NCBI GenBank assembly: GCA_035299545.1
Contig: DATGWJ010000024.1
Coordinates: forward strand, 18,150 to 82,149
Length of the DNA stretch: 64,000 nt
Source: Minisyncoccota bacterium
GTDB taxonomy: Bacteria > Patescibacteriota > Minisyncoccia > Phycocordibacterales > UBA9973
Reading direction: 5' to 3'
Shown piece after piece: positions 31,963-41,931 of this stretch. A program made the position numbers and the translations under genes. The notes under the pieces are model-generated. The model was not told the DNA's origin. It saw only the letters and a list, made by a program, of their open reading frames with translations, and did no database searches. Every line of letters begins with the position of its first letter. The stretch's first letter is position 1.

Positions 31963-32634
31963 ATGAAAATGTACTCTTACCTAAAGAAATTTGAGAATTT
32001 TGTCTTAGAAATTATATTCCCTACAAAATGCATAGGTTGTGACACAAAGAATGAAATACTGTGCAACAATTGTGTATTTAAAATACGTTTAGCAGAGAGA
32101 GAAACTGATAAAAGTATCCTGGCAGTGTTTGATTATAGAGATTTGATTATAAAAAGAGCTATATGGGAATTAAAATATCACCATAAACGATATCTTGGTG
32201 AAAAACTTGGACAATTATTATACGAATTCTTAATAGAAGATATCGCAGACATAAAAACATACGTCACAGGCAGAGCTATATATGTAATTCCTGTGCCAAT
32301 ATCAAATAAAAGAACAAAATTTCGCGGATACAACCAAGCTAATGCTATAGCAAAAGGATTTTGTGATGGAGCGGATCGAGGAACTTTCGAATTACAAAAT
32401 AATATTGTTTACAAGAAGAGAGATACCCTTCCACAAGCAAAAATTACTAACAGAAAAAGGCGTTTAGAAAATGTTCGTGACGTTTTCGGAATAAAAGATA
32501 GTGATGTAGTGAAAGGAAGAACTATAATTGTCGTGGATGATGTGACTACAACAGGAGGAACCATAAATGAGATCATGAAAATTCTAAAGAAAGCCGGAGC
32601 AAAGAAAGTTATCGGCTTTGCCGTAGCGCATTAA
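31963..32634 (+). CDS. comF: ComF family competence protein
   Basis: CxxC...CxxC, RGYNQ, VVDDVTTTGGT PRTase motif. Confidence 0.93.
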   Translation: MKMYSYLKKFENFVLEIIFPTKCIGCDTKNEILCNNCVFKIRLAERETDKSILAVFDYRDLIIKRAIWELKYHHKRYLGEKLGQLLYEFLIEDIADIKTYVTGRAIYVIPVPISNKRTKFRGYNQANAIAKGFCDGADRGTFELQNNIVYKKRDTLPQAKITNRKRRLENVRDVFGIKDSDVVKGRTIIVVDDVTTTGGTINEIMKILKKAGAKKVIGFAVAH

Positions 32635-32683
32635 AAAACAGCAATTTCCTCAAGGGATCCCGAGGTAATTGCTGTTTTTTATT

Positions 32684-34276
32684 TTATATTGTGAGCGGTG
32701 TAATCATTGTTCTCTCAATCTTTTCAAAAGTAACAGAGGCATTCCCTGTAGCATTAGAAACAACATAGCCAAGATTTATATTGGATCCTGAGATTGCTTT
32801 ACTCCAAGTTATGCCACAGTCCCCTATCTCATTTACTTCTGTTACAGTAGTATCGGCTAGGTTAGTAAGTAATACTGTTCCTCTTTCTACTACACTGTTT
32901 CTTGATATTGAATAAGTAACCTTCACAGTTAAGTTCTGAACTGTTGTTCCTACTGTTACTGAACCCGATGTGTTATTGTTCCAAGTATATTTTAAATTGT
33001 TTTCAAATTCAGGATAAATTATACCTGTGATTTGGATGTTGCGACCAGAGGTTGGATTTACGAATTCATACATTTGATCATAGAACCAGCGTACAGCTGG
33101 AGTGCCATAAATATTAGAATACGCAAAACTAAATATCATTGGTTCATAGTTAGTATCACTGGTAGATTGTTTTCTAATAAAATAATTAGAATTTACAATT
33201 ATTATTTTATTTGATGTTTTTGGATTAATATAAATGCCTTTTGGAGGAATACGGAAACAAACATTACTATTCACAAATTTAAAGTAATAATTTGTTACAA
33301 GGGTCGTATTAGTTAAATCTCCAAAATTATCAATACAGCAAGCATTTGCTCCCGTATTAGGGTTTTCTAAAACAGTATTCCTAAATACCGAAAAGTTAAT
33401 ATTTATTGAAGAAATTAATCTGATATTACCATTATAGTAAAGATAAAGTGCTTCAAAATTTTTCAACATTGCTCCTGAAAAAAATAAGAAGTTTAAAGAA
33501 TTAACAGCTGTATAGCCCATATCATACATTGATTCCTCTACAATAGATATCGATTTACCAGTAGAATACAGATAACATTCTCCTATTTTAAATAATTTAC
33601 CGTTAGAGTATATGGAAATAGAATTTGTAAAATTAATTCTAACTCTTTCAAAATATACACTTATGTTTATTTCAATTACTAACGAACTAATATTTATTAT
33701 CGTCTGATTTTCATAAATAGAAGTGCCTGTAGAAGGATAAGTTACACTTAAGGTAGTAGTAGTGTTATGTGTAATTGGGCAATAATGTACACCATCCCAT
33801 AACATAAAAAATTTCCATTGATTGGTAGACCAAGAACTGGTGTTACCTCCAGAGACAGTATATGTAAGAGGATCATTAGCATCTGCTGAACCCATGGTAA
33901 AACCGGAATCAACTTGAACCATAGTCCCAAGGAAAGTAATTGTCTCAGGTCCTCCAATTGAACGAAAAGATGATAGAACAACTAAATCAGATGCGCTAAT
34001 ATCAAATGTTCCTGCCCCCAGAGATATAGTAATAATTACTCCTGAATTAATAGTTTTCTTAATAGTAGACAGTGCCTTTCCAATAGTTAAATACGGAAGT
34101 GTTGCACTTCCATCCCCTGTATCATCATTACCAGTCGCAGAGACATATATGGTACGAGAGACAGATTCGGTAAGAAGCTTTTGAGTTCCATCTTCGTTGT
34201 GTTCTACAGATAGATAATCGTTTAATATTGTTCCCCACTCGTTGTTATCTTGCCCTACTGTTGGTAAACGTGACAT
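32684..34276 (-). CDS. tailspike-like beta-helix protein, paralog B
   Basis: MSRLP...WGTILNDYL leader; IYVSATGNDDTGDGS..PYLTIGKAL (DUF1565-like beta-helix cap). Confidence 0.7.
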   Translation of the reverse strand: MSRLPTVGQDNNEWGTILNDYLSVEHNEDGTQKLLTESVSRTIYVSATGNDDTGDGSATLPYLTIGKALSTIKKTINSGVIITISLGAGTFDISASDLVVLSSFRSIGGPETITFLGTMVQVDSGFTMGSADANDPLTYTVSGGNTSSWSTNQWKFFMLWDGVHYCPITHNTTTTLSVTYPSTGTSIYENQTIINISSLVIEINISVYFERVRINFTNSISIYSNGKLFKIGECYLYSTGKSISIVEESMYDMGYTAVNSLNFLFFSGAMLKNFEALYLYYNGNIRLISSININFSVFRNTVLENPNTGANACCIDNFGDLTNTTLVTNYYFKFVNSNVCFRIPPKGIYINPKTSNKIIIVNSNYFIRKQSTSDTNYEPMIFSFAYSNIYGTPAVRWFYDQMYEFVNPTSGRNIQITGIIYPEFENNLKYTWNNNTSGSVTVGTTVQNLTVKVTYSISRNSVVERGTVLLTNLADTTVTEVNEIGDCGITWSKAISGSNINLGYVVSNATGNASVTFEKIERTMITPLTI

Positions 34277-34303
34277 ATATTTTAGTTAAATTAATATTAA
34301 TAA

Positions 34304-35902
34304 TTATATAGTTAACGGTGTAATCATTACTCTTGTAGCATTGTATTTAAGAGTAGCTGCTGTACCTGTGGAAGTGAGAGTGCAAGCTAGACGGATTTCA
34401 TTGGTATTGAAGTTAACAGCGAATGTGACACCGACGTCTCCTAGAGGAGTACCCTCTTGTAATGTTAGGTTTGTGCCATCATTATTTATTAATAATCGTG
34501 CAGTTTCAACTGTTGTTCCCCGAGTTATTGTATAGTCTATGATTATAGATCTATTCTGGAGTTTGTTACCTATTATTACTTGAGTGGTGGTGTTATCGGC
34601 AAGGGTTGATGAGAGGCCTTGCTCAAATTCTGGATAAACTATACCGGTAAACTGAACATTCCTACCTGAAGATAAATTTACAAACTCATACATAGGAGAA
34701 CCAAACCACGAAACATTTACTGTCCCATATATATTTGAATATGAAGCTAACATTTCTATAGGATCAGTGTTGCCTATCACACTGGAATTATAGTTTTGGA
34801 AAATATGGTCGCAGTTAACTAGTATCATTTTATCGTATGGGCATATGAATTTATCTATAGTTATTGCCATTCTGGAATATCGGAGTGGCCCTGCACTATT
34901 AATAAATTTTGTGTAGACAGTAGATGTGGCCTTAGATGATAAAGAACCCCCTTTATCAACATAAATACAAGAACCATGTTCAACAAAATCATTTTCAAAA
35001 ACACTATCTTCTATAGTATTGGCAAGAGTATTAATCGCTAGAAGAGGAGTATTTGAAGAATAGTTGAAATAATTATTATTAATAACAACATCAGAACCAT
35101 TCATTGAAAATTTTGTTCCATCAAAAGAACAACGATATAAACCCACACTTCTTGTTATTTGGTTTTGTGAAGATAAAATTCTTCCTGTAGAGGTAAATTT
35201 ACAAGTGGTAAATATAATACTATTACCATCAAGAACAGGAGAACCGGCAAAAGAAAAATTAATATATGTAAACTTTAAAGAATACATATTGCTTTCTATT
35301 GTAGATATTGTCGTTATTGCTGAAGCGTCAAGAATAGAATCTATTTGATAAATTTCATTACCCGTCCCAGTACCCGCAATACTTAAGGTGGTAGTAGTAT
35401 TGTGAGTTATTGGATAATAATTGCTTCCAGATTTTAATAAGTAATACCTCCATTGATTAGCACTCCATGAGCCAGTACTTCCCCCAGATACAGAATGGGA
35501 AAAGGCATCATTAGCAACAGCTGCCCCCATTGTAAAACCTGATTCAACTAATGAAATTACTCCAGTGAATTCTAATGTTCCCTTCCCTTTGATTGAACTT
35601 ATTACAGAATAATCATTTTGAGTTATTGTGAAAGTCCCTGCTCCTACATTAATGGTGATAGTAACTCCGGCAATAATCTCTTTTTTTATTGTCGATAACG
35701 CCTTTCCAATAGTTAAATATGGTAATAACTCAGATCCATCCCCAGTAGTATCATCACCAGTCGCAGAGACATATATAGTACGAGAAACAGATTCAGTAAG
35801 AAGCTTTTGAGTTCCATCTTCGTTATGTTCTACAGATAGATATTCATTTAATACTGTACCCCATGTATTATTGTCTTCTCCTACGATTGGTAAACGTGAC
35901 AT
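34304..35902 (-). CDS. tailspike-like beta-helix protein, paralog A
   Basis: Same leader and cap; shared C-terminus MITPLTI. Confidence 0.7.
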   Translation of the reverse strand: MSRLPIVGEDNNTWGTVLNEYLSVEHNEDGTQKLLTESVSRTIYVSATGDDTTGDGSELLPYLTIGKALSTIKKEIIAGVTITINVGAGTFTITQNDYSVISSIKGKGTLEFTGVISLVESGFTMGAAVANDAFSHSVSGGSTGSWSANQWRYYLLKSGSNYYPITHNTTTTLSIAGTGTGNEIYQIDSILDASAITTISTIESNMYSLKFTYINFSFAGSPVLDGNSIIFTTCKFTSTGRILSSQNQITRSVGLYRCSFDGTKFSMNGSDVVINNNYFNYSSNTPLLAINTLANTIEDSVFENDFVEHGSCIYVDKGGSLSSKATSTVYTKFINSAGPLRYSRMAITIDKFICPYDKMILVNCDHIFQNYNSSVIGNTDPIEMLASYSNIYGTVNVSWFGSPMYEFVNLSSGRNVQFTGIVYPEFEQGLSSTLADNTTTQVIIGNKLQNRSIIIDYTITRGTTVETARLLINNDGTNLTLQEGTPLGDVGVTFAVNFNTNEIRLACTLTSTGTAATLKYNATRVMITPLTI

Positions 35903-36046
35903 ATGTTGTTTATTAGTGAAAAATTAAAGATTAATAAGTTTATTTTAACATATTAATACATAGAAAAGAATGGCAAGAAATATTATTGGCTTTAATGGAC
36001 ATATTCAAAACAAAAACCTGACTAATGTCAGGTTTTAAAAATAAAT

Positions 36047-36499
36047 TTATATAGGACTAATAGCATCCTCTACAATACCTTCTGTTATTTTTATAGAAGC
36101 ACAGATTGATTTCCATGCAAAAAATAATAAAAGTGGTACACAAACAAAGGCCGGCCATGCAAAAATAGCTTGAAGAGGGAGAGGTAAGAATCTGAAAAAA
36201 TGTAAAATGAATCCAATAAAGGAAATACCCGAAAGAGCAATATTTGCCCATGTCATCAATGAAAGTGTACTTCCAAGAAGAGAGAAGGCATTGTTCTTAT
36301 TCATCTTATAAATTAGAAAAACAAAAATTGTGAGGTAAACACCAAGCCCACAGAAATACCAAATTCTGGAATTTACTACCGTATTCTCGCTTTTTACCAG
36401 AATAGGAACAAGAACAAATATTACAGAAACCCCCACAAAAATAAACCAGTTTAAAATTATTTTTGTAGTTTTACCCAGATTAAAATGTTTTATTTTCAT
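36047..36499 (-). CDS. four-TM membrane protein
   Basis: Hydrophobic 150-aa ORF. Confidence 0.65.
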   Translation of the reverse strand: MKIKHFNLGKTTKIILNWFIFVGVSVIFVLVPILVKSENTVVNSRIWYFCGLGVYLTIFVFLIYKMNKNNAFSLLGSTLSLMTWANIALSGISFIGFILHFFRFLPLPLQAIFAWPAFVCVPLLLFFAWKSICASIKITEGIVEDAISPI

Positions 36500-36629
36500 T
36501 TTTTCAGTTTATTTAGATTTATTATTTGGAGAACAATATTACTTTAATCTTAGCACTTGAAGATATACTGTCAATAAAATATGCAGCGATAAAACAATTA
36601 TAAAAAATATGTTATTATACAGAGTAATT

Positions 36630-37826
36630 ATGACGAAAACAAAAAAGTATTGCCCTGATTGCGGAGGAGCTCAGGTAAATCACAATATTGCATACATATC
36701 TATATTACTAACTACTTTAATAGAACCTTGGACAAACTGGATGGGTAAACTTATCCCAGAATCATCTTTTGATTGGCTAGGTCCATTTGTAACAAAGACA
36801 CTTAAGTTTTTAAAGCTTGGTAAAATTACTTACAAACCAGAAAGTGATGATAGCGGACGCACCAGAGTACTCTGGGAGGAAGCTCTAAGAAGAGGTATAG
36901 ATATGTATGAATTCAGATTATTCGGAATTGGACATGATATGTTCGTTTCAAATTACAAAGGAGAGAAAAGATTTTTCGATGTTCTCCCTCGTCCTAAAAA
37001 ATATAATCCAGAAGGACTTGAATGGATGGATAATAAAGGCAAAATGAAAGAACACTTTGAGAAAGAAGGAATAAAGGTAGCCCGCGGAGGAGTGACACAT
37101 TCTGTACATAAATCATTAAAAATATTCGATTCTTTAAGTAAACCAGTAATTACAAAACCAAATCTGGGCTCACGAAGTCGCCATACTACAACTCATATAA
37201 GTGAAAGTGAAGAATTTATTACAGCATTCAAAAAAGCTCGACAACTTTCTCCTTGGGTAATGATAGAAGAAGAACTTTCGGGTTACGTTTTCCGAGGAAC
37301 ATTGATAGGAGGAAAGCTTATAGCAGTCCTTCGCCGTGAGCCAGCTTATGTCATAGGCGATGGCGAACATAACGTCCGTGAGCTTATTGAAATAGAAAAT
37401 AAAAATCCACTTCGTAATGGAAAAATATTCCACCAATTAAAACTAGACGACGAGGCAAAGAAAGAATTAAAACATTGGGGACGCACAGAAGATACCATTC
37501 CTAAAAAAGATGAAATTGTTACTCTTGGTCAAAAGACAAGCCGAGCTGTCGGAGGAGGAATTACAGATATGACCGACATAGTACACGAAGATAATAAAAT
37601 AATGCTTGAGAAAGTCGCAAGTGTTCTCGATGATCCGCTTATTGGGGTAGACTTCATAATGGATGATGTCTCTGTATCATGGCGTGACCAACCAAAATGC
37701 GGAGTTATTGAATGTAATTCCGCACCGTTTATAGACCTTCATCATTTCCCTCTTGTAGGTAAACCTCGTAATGTAGCAAGTGCACTTTGGGATATTATTT
37801 ACCCTGAATCAAAGATTAGTAGCTAG
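36630..37826 (+). CDS. ATP-grasp protein related to the CphA/GshF ligase domain
   Basis: PVITKP, REPAYVIGDGEHNVRELIE..N..P.R, GVDF, IECNSAP; no Mur-ligase domain. Confidence 0.85.
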   Translation: MTKTKKYCPDCGGAQVNHNIAYISILLTTLIEPWTNWMGKLIPESSFDWLGPFVTKTLKFLKLGKITYKPESDDSGRTRVLWEEALRRGIDMYEFRLFGIGHDMFVSNYKGEKRFFDVLPRPKKYNPEGLEWMDNKGKMKEHFEKEGIKVARGGVTHSVHKSLKIFDSLSKPVITKPNLGSRSRHTTTHISESEEFITAFKKARQLSPWVMIEEELSGYVFRGTLIGGKLIAVLRREPAYVIGDGEHNVRELIEIENKNPLRNGKIFHQLKLDDEAKKELKHWGRTEDTIPKKDEIVTLGQKTSRAVGGGITDMTDIVHEDNKIMLEKVASVLDDPLIGVDFIMDDVSVSWRDQPKCGVIECNSAPFIDLHHFPLVGKPRNVASALWDIIYPESKISS

Positions 37827-37943
37827 GTTCTAGTTTTTAGTGATTAGTAAATTAATAAAATACACTAGGCAAAGCCTAGTGTATTTTATTAATTCATGTA
37901 TTGTTATTTTTTCTAAAACCTAGAACCTAGTTGCTAGAACCTA
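37818..37943. repeat. heptamer-repeat palindrome around a 21-bp perfect hairpin
   Basis: ctaggtt/ctagttt units opposite ctagaac units; central aattaataaaatacactaggc-aaa-gcctagtgtattttattaatt. Confidence 0.75.
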
Positions 37944-38456
37944 ATTCTTCAGCGCCTCATCAATAGTAAGCTCTGACTCTGGAGCAATATTCACATCGGG
38001 CCTTAATTGCGAAATGTGTTTTCTTAATACAATATAATCTCCAAGGAATTTTCTAAATTCTTCTATTCGTGCCTGTTCATTTATTTCTACGAAGTGCGCA
38101 ACCGGTTTACTCTCAGGAGTATATTCGTAGTGTCCTCTTATTTCCCCATCTTTAAAAACTCGTAAATGATATTGAAAATCAAAACTTTCAAGCTTACGCC
38201 AAGAAAGAACTTGCCCATTATCCATCCAAGCTACGAAATGATTACCAAACCCCCATTTTTCATGCAAATGTTTTTCTAAATCTTTCAGTGTTTTACCAGG
38301 GGCAAGCCAGCCAATATGATATGGTTGCCTACCTTTTTCGTGCCAAACTAAATGCCATTTCAAGAAGTGACTTTGGAGCCAAGGGAAAATACTGTATAAA
38401 TGTCTCCAAATGTTTTTCTTTATAATTTGTTTTGTTGTTAAATTAGTGTTATTCAT
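37941..38456 (-). CDS. conserved hypothetical protein
   Basis: 171 aa; QYHLRVF.DGEIRGHYEYTPE..P..H motif. Confidence 0.75.
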   Translation of the reverse strand: MNNTNLTTKQIIKKNIWRHLYSIFPWLQSHFLKWHLVWHEKGRQPYHIGWLAPGKTLKDLEKHLHEKWGFGNHFVAWMDNGQVLSWRKLESFDFQYHLRVFKDGEIRGHYEYTPESKPVAHFVEINEQARIEEFRKFLGDYIVLRKHISQLRPDVNIAPESELTIDEALKN

Positions 38457-38703
38457 AAATTAGTCTAAATCCCTTTAACTTGCACATATTTCCCGGAAGT
38501 AATATAAAAAACATAATTTTCTAATTTTTTTGAAAGAAGAGTAAAAATTAAAATATTTGTGATAATTAATAAAGATACATAAATCCAGTATTTATTAATT
38601 CGTAAATCCATACAGCTTATAATAGCACCAAATATCGAAAATTAAAAATAAAAAAACCGCTCAGAGAGAGCGGTTGTTTTAGGGTTTGAGAAAAACTAAG
38701 TTT

Positions 38704-39138
38704 TCAATTTCTTTGCAGTCTTTGTTGTTGATGATTGGGACTCGATTTTACTTCAACACATTTTGTCGCATGAGGCGTAGCCATCAGTCGTTCTTTTGGC
38801 ATCAGTTTCCCGGTGACAGAACATATGCCGTATGTTTTGTTTTCAATACGGACAAGAGCTGCCTTGAGATTCTGGATTAAATTACTCTGACTAAGAGCTA
38901 ATTTACTATTTTCTTCTTTTGACATTGTGTTGTTCCCCTCCTCAAGAACTTTGAATGTGGGAGAGGTGTCTTCTGTTCCGTTACCAGCACTGTTGCTTAA
39001 TGACCCCATAAGATCATTAAGGGTAAACTGTGCTATCTCCATTTTACGGAGAATGTTTAGACGGAATTCATTAAGCTCCTCATCTGAAAATCTAGTTCTG
39101 GAACTAGCAACTGCAACTTCTACTGTAACGTTGTTCAT
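38704..39138 (-). CDS. TraR/DksA family regulator, Bacteroidetes-like
   Basis: GTEDTSPTFKVLEEG; ALVRIENKTYGICSVTGKLMPKERL..PHA. Confidence 0.88.
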   Translation of the reverse strand: MNNVTVEVAVASSRTRFSDEELNEFRLNILRKMEIAQFTLNDLMGSLSNSAGNGTEDTSPTFKVLEEGNNTMSKEENSKLALSQSNLIQNLKAALVRIENKTYGICSVTGKLMPKERLMATPHATKCVEVKSSPNHQQQRLQRN

Positions 39139-39232
39139 GTTTCTTAGTTTTTAAAATTGATAGAACATTCTATTCGACCTTAATTATACACCTTTTATAT
39201 GAGTTGTCAATGATATAAAAAGATTTTAAATA

Positions 39233-39399
39233 TGCGGAGGCGGTGAGAACTTGAGTACACTTTTCGCCTATTACATAGGCAGGTACTTTTCTGGTTTTGA
39301 AACAAAACACAGAAAAGTCTTTCGAATCTCACCCGAAAGAGAAGCAGTTCTCTTTCTCGCCCGCAAAAAGAAAAACACTTTCGGATTTTCTTGTTTTTG
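39233..39399 (-). repeat. tRNA 3'-end-derived element (Ser-ACT)
   Basis: 16-bp direct repeat 39233..39248 = 39398..39413; split inverted copy 39321..39333 and 39358..39366 around hairpin 39335..39356. Confidence 0.85.
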
Positions 39400-39486
39400 C
39401 GGAGGCGGTGAGATTCGAACTCACGGTACCGGTTAAGGTACGACGGTTTAGTAAACCGTTGATTTAAACCACTCATCCACGCCTCC
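39400..39486 (-). tRNA. tRNA-Ser with ACT anticodon
   Basis: GGAGGCG/CGCCTCC, G73, long variable arm, anticodon arm ACGGT-TTACTAA-ACCGT. Confidence 0.9.
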
Positions 39487-39580
39487 TCGTTTCACTCGTT
39501 TATGTCTCCCATATTAGCATATTTATTCATAAATAAAAATTTAATTTTTACGTTCAAATATGCTAAGGTAAAAGTGTACT

Positions 39581-39667
39581 GGAGCCGTGTCGGAGTGGTC
39601 TAACGTACCTCTTTGCTAAAGAGGCAGGGAGTAAAATCCCTCGCTGGTTCGAATCCAGCCGGTTCCG
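39581..39667 (+). tRNA. tRNA-Ser(GCT)
   Basis: GGAGCCG/CGGTTCC, G73, CCTCT-TTGCTAA-AGAGG, long variable arm. Confidence 0.95.
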
Positions 39668-39783
39668 CATATTAAAATGTCCTCTTTGGAGGATTTTTTA
39701 ATATACGGAACCAAGCTTTTGTACTTCGCAAGGAGGAATAATCAATTCTATTAAATCTAAATCTATTTTGGTATAATTTACAT

Positions 39784-40254
39784 ATGAAATCCATGAAGGG
39801 TTTTACTTTAATTGAATTATTGGTAGTTATTGCTATTATCGGAATACTTTCGACTGTTGTTATTTCTAATCTAAATGCAGCAAGAGTAAAATCTCGGGAC
39901 GCTGTACGAAAAGCAGATATGAGAACTATATATACAATGCTCGTGCAATATCAAAATGAATATGGAGGAATTCCAAGGACTAGCGTCTATGGTGATTCAA
40001 ATACAGGGGGTTGGGATTTCAGTTCTCAACCGTCAGCAGCTCCAACTTTTATGAACTTTTTAGTGACAAGTGGTATAACATCAAGGGTTCCTATAGACCC
40101 TGTAAATGATAGACTAGAAAGTAGTACAACAGGATATGCATATAGATATTATTGTTATAATGGAATAGGCCTTGCTATTGGATACACAAGCGAATTAACT
40201 GGTAACGTAGTTTATTATCCATTTTATCAAGAATCGGGGTGGACTTGTTTATAA
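39784..40254 (+). CDS. orphan pilin/pseudopilin (GspG-like)
   Basis: GFTLIELLVVIAIIG, KSRDAVRKADM, PIDPVN. Confidence 0.9.
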   Translation: MKSMKGFTLIELLVVIAIIGILSTVVISNLNAARVKSRDAVRKADMRTIYTMLVQYQNEYGGIPRTSVYGDSNTGGWDFSSQPSAAPTFMNFLVTSGITSRVPIDPVNDRLESSTTGYAYRYYCYNGIGLAIGYTSELTGNVVYYPFYQESGWTCL

Positions 40255-40302
40255 ACAATAAAACCCTCAACTGAGGGTTTTATTGTATTTAATATTCAAA
40301 GA

Positions 40303-40632
40303 TTAAGCAGCATTATCTTCTTCTAAATCTTGTAGATTTTTTTCTCTGAAAGCTTCAGGATCTTTATGCTCTTCACTAAGTGAAAAAGTAGCCTTTTTAT
40401 CTTGCTCCACCTCGGACAAGATTTGGTCTATCTGCTCTTTTGTTTCTTTTATAATTTTATCTGTGTAAGGTTCGTACTCACCACTTTTCATAGCTTCTTC
40501 ATTAAACCCTTGTATAGAACCTGTCTTATATTTTTCTTCAGGGTTTATTCCTTGTTTATTCTCGACATATTTTGTTGCTTCAAAAAACTTCTTCTTTTCT
40601 TCTTCGTTTTTAAAATTTGGTAATTTTTCCAT
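40303..40632 (-). CDS. acidic hypothetical protein
   Basis: 109-aa ORF. Confidence 0.65.
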   Translation of the reverse strand: MEKLPNFKNEEEKKKFFEATKYVENKQGINPEEKYKTGSIQGFNEEAMKSGEYEPYTDKIIKETKEQIDQILSEVEQDKKATFSLSEEHKDPEAFREKNLQDLEEDNAA

Positions 40633-40718
40633 ATTGGGGTAATTCTACCATAACAAAGTAGAAACGTGCAATAAAACAAAAAGCTGGTCTGATTTATAAA
40701 TCAGACCAGCAATTAATT

Positions 40719-41285
40719 TCATTCAATGAACACAGGAGTTCCTACCGGTGCTAGAGTATAAAAAACAGGAGCAATAGTAGAACTAATTCGAATGCAACCA
40801 TGAGAAGCCGGCTTACCTAGATTTCTTTCATAGGATTTATCTTTTAAGCCATGAATACCGATGCGTTCATCCGGAGTTAAGCAATTCCAGAAAGTCATTG
40901 TCCCGCCATAAGCTTTTGATAGTCGAGAGAGTCTTTTTTTAGAAATTTTAAACTCTCCTCGAGGAGTCGAATTCTTATATCTTCCGCTAGAAATTTTTGT
41001 TTGCAAAGCTATCTTAAAGGTGTCTGTAAAATCCAAGACAATTAATTCTTGTTTCGGAATACTTACAATCACAACCTTCTGTAAACCAGAAGAATTTAAA
41101 GATAAATACTTTTCAACTTTTAAAGTATCATCTCTAAAAAATTCTTGGAGAAACATACGATTATTCAGCTGTAATACAACTTTATCGTTAAGCATTGGAT
41201 CCAGCTGAGTTGCAACCTCTAAATTGAGCGGAATGAAAAATGGAAGAAAAACAATCATAAACAACCTAGTTACAGTTTTTTTCAT
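40719..41285 (-). CDS. L,D-transpeptidase (YkuD family)
   Basis: TPRGEF, IGIHG, ASHGCIR. Confidence 0.92.
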   Translation of the reverse strand: MKKTVTRLFMIVFLPFFIPLNLEVATQLDPMLNDKVVLQLNNRMFLQEFFRDDTLKVEKYLSLNSSGLQKVVIVSIPKQELIVLDFTDTFKIALQTKISSGRYKNSTPRGEFKISKKRLSRLSKAYGGTMTFWNCLTPDERIGIHGLKDKSYERNLGKPASHGCIRISSTIAPVFYTLAPVGTPVFIE

Positions 41286-41405
41286 ACTCTTATCTTTTTA
41301 AGAACAAGTTTGAGATTTATATTACCTCAAATCTACTAAAAAGCAAGGTGGAGTTTTGGGGACTTTCTTGCCCTAATTATATATAGTGTAGTATAATAAA
41401 GATAC

Positions 41406-41771
41406 ATGAAAAAAGTATTAATAGTAGAAGATGATAGTTTTCTGCAAGGGCTTGAGGCAAATAAGCTTGAGAAGAAATCTTTCAAAGTGATTACTGCTTC
41501 AACAGGAGAAGAAGGCTTAAATAAAATAAACGAGCCTGATATAGATTTAGTTTTACTTGACTTAATGCTTCCTAATTTCGATGGCTTTGAGATTCTTAAA
41601 AAAGTTAGAACAACTGAAAAAACAAAAGATATACCTGTTATTGTATTCTCGAACTTATCTGAAGATAGTGCTATAACCAAATCAAGAGAACTGGGGGCTA
41701 CAGACTTTATGATTAAATCAAATTTTACACTAGACGAACTCGTAGAACGAATCAACTCAATTCTTAAATAA
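41406..41771 (+). CDS. single-domain response regulator receiver
   Basis: IVEDD, LLDLMLPNFDG, FMIK. Confidence 0.93.
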   Translation: MKKVLIVEDDSFLQGLEANKLEKKSFKVITASTGEEGLNKINEPDIDLVLLDLMLPNFDGFEILKKVRTTEKTKDIPVIVFSNLSEDSAITKSRELGATDFMIKSNFTLDELVERINSILK

Positions 41772-41805
41772 ATCCACATAAAGTGGATTTATTGGTATTT
41801 TAAGT

Positions 41806-41931
41806 ATGAAAGAACTTACCAAAACAGAGACTATCATTTTACTTATTATCTTCATAGCTATCGGCGGATTAATTCTCTATGGAGAAAACAGAATTAATAA
41901 TTTTTCTCCCCTTGATTATGTATTTAAATGA
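41806..41931 (+). CDS. small single-TM protein, 41 aa
   Basis: Hand translation MKELTKTETIILLIIFIAIGGLILYGENRINNFSPLDYVFK; overlaps the recG start. Confidence 0.5.
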   Translation: MKELTKTETIILLIIFIAIGGLILYGENRINNFSPLDYVFK

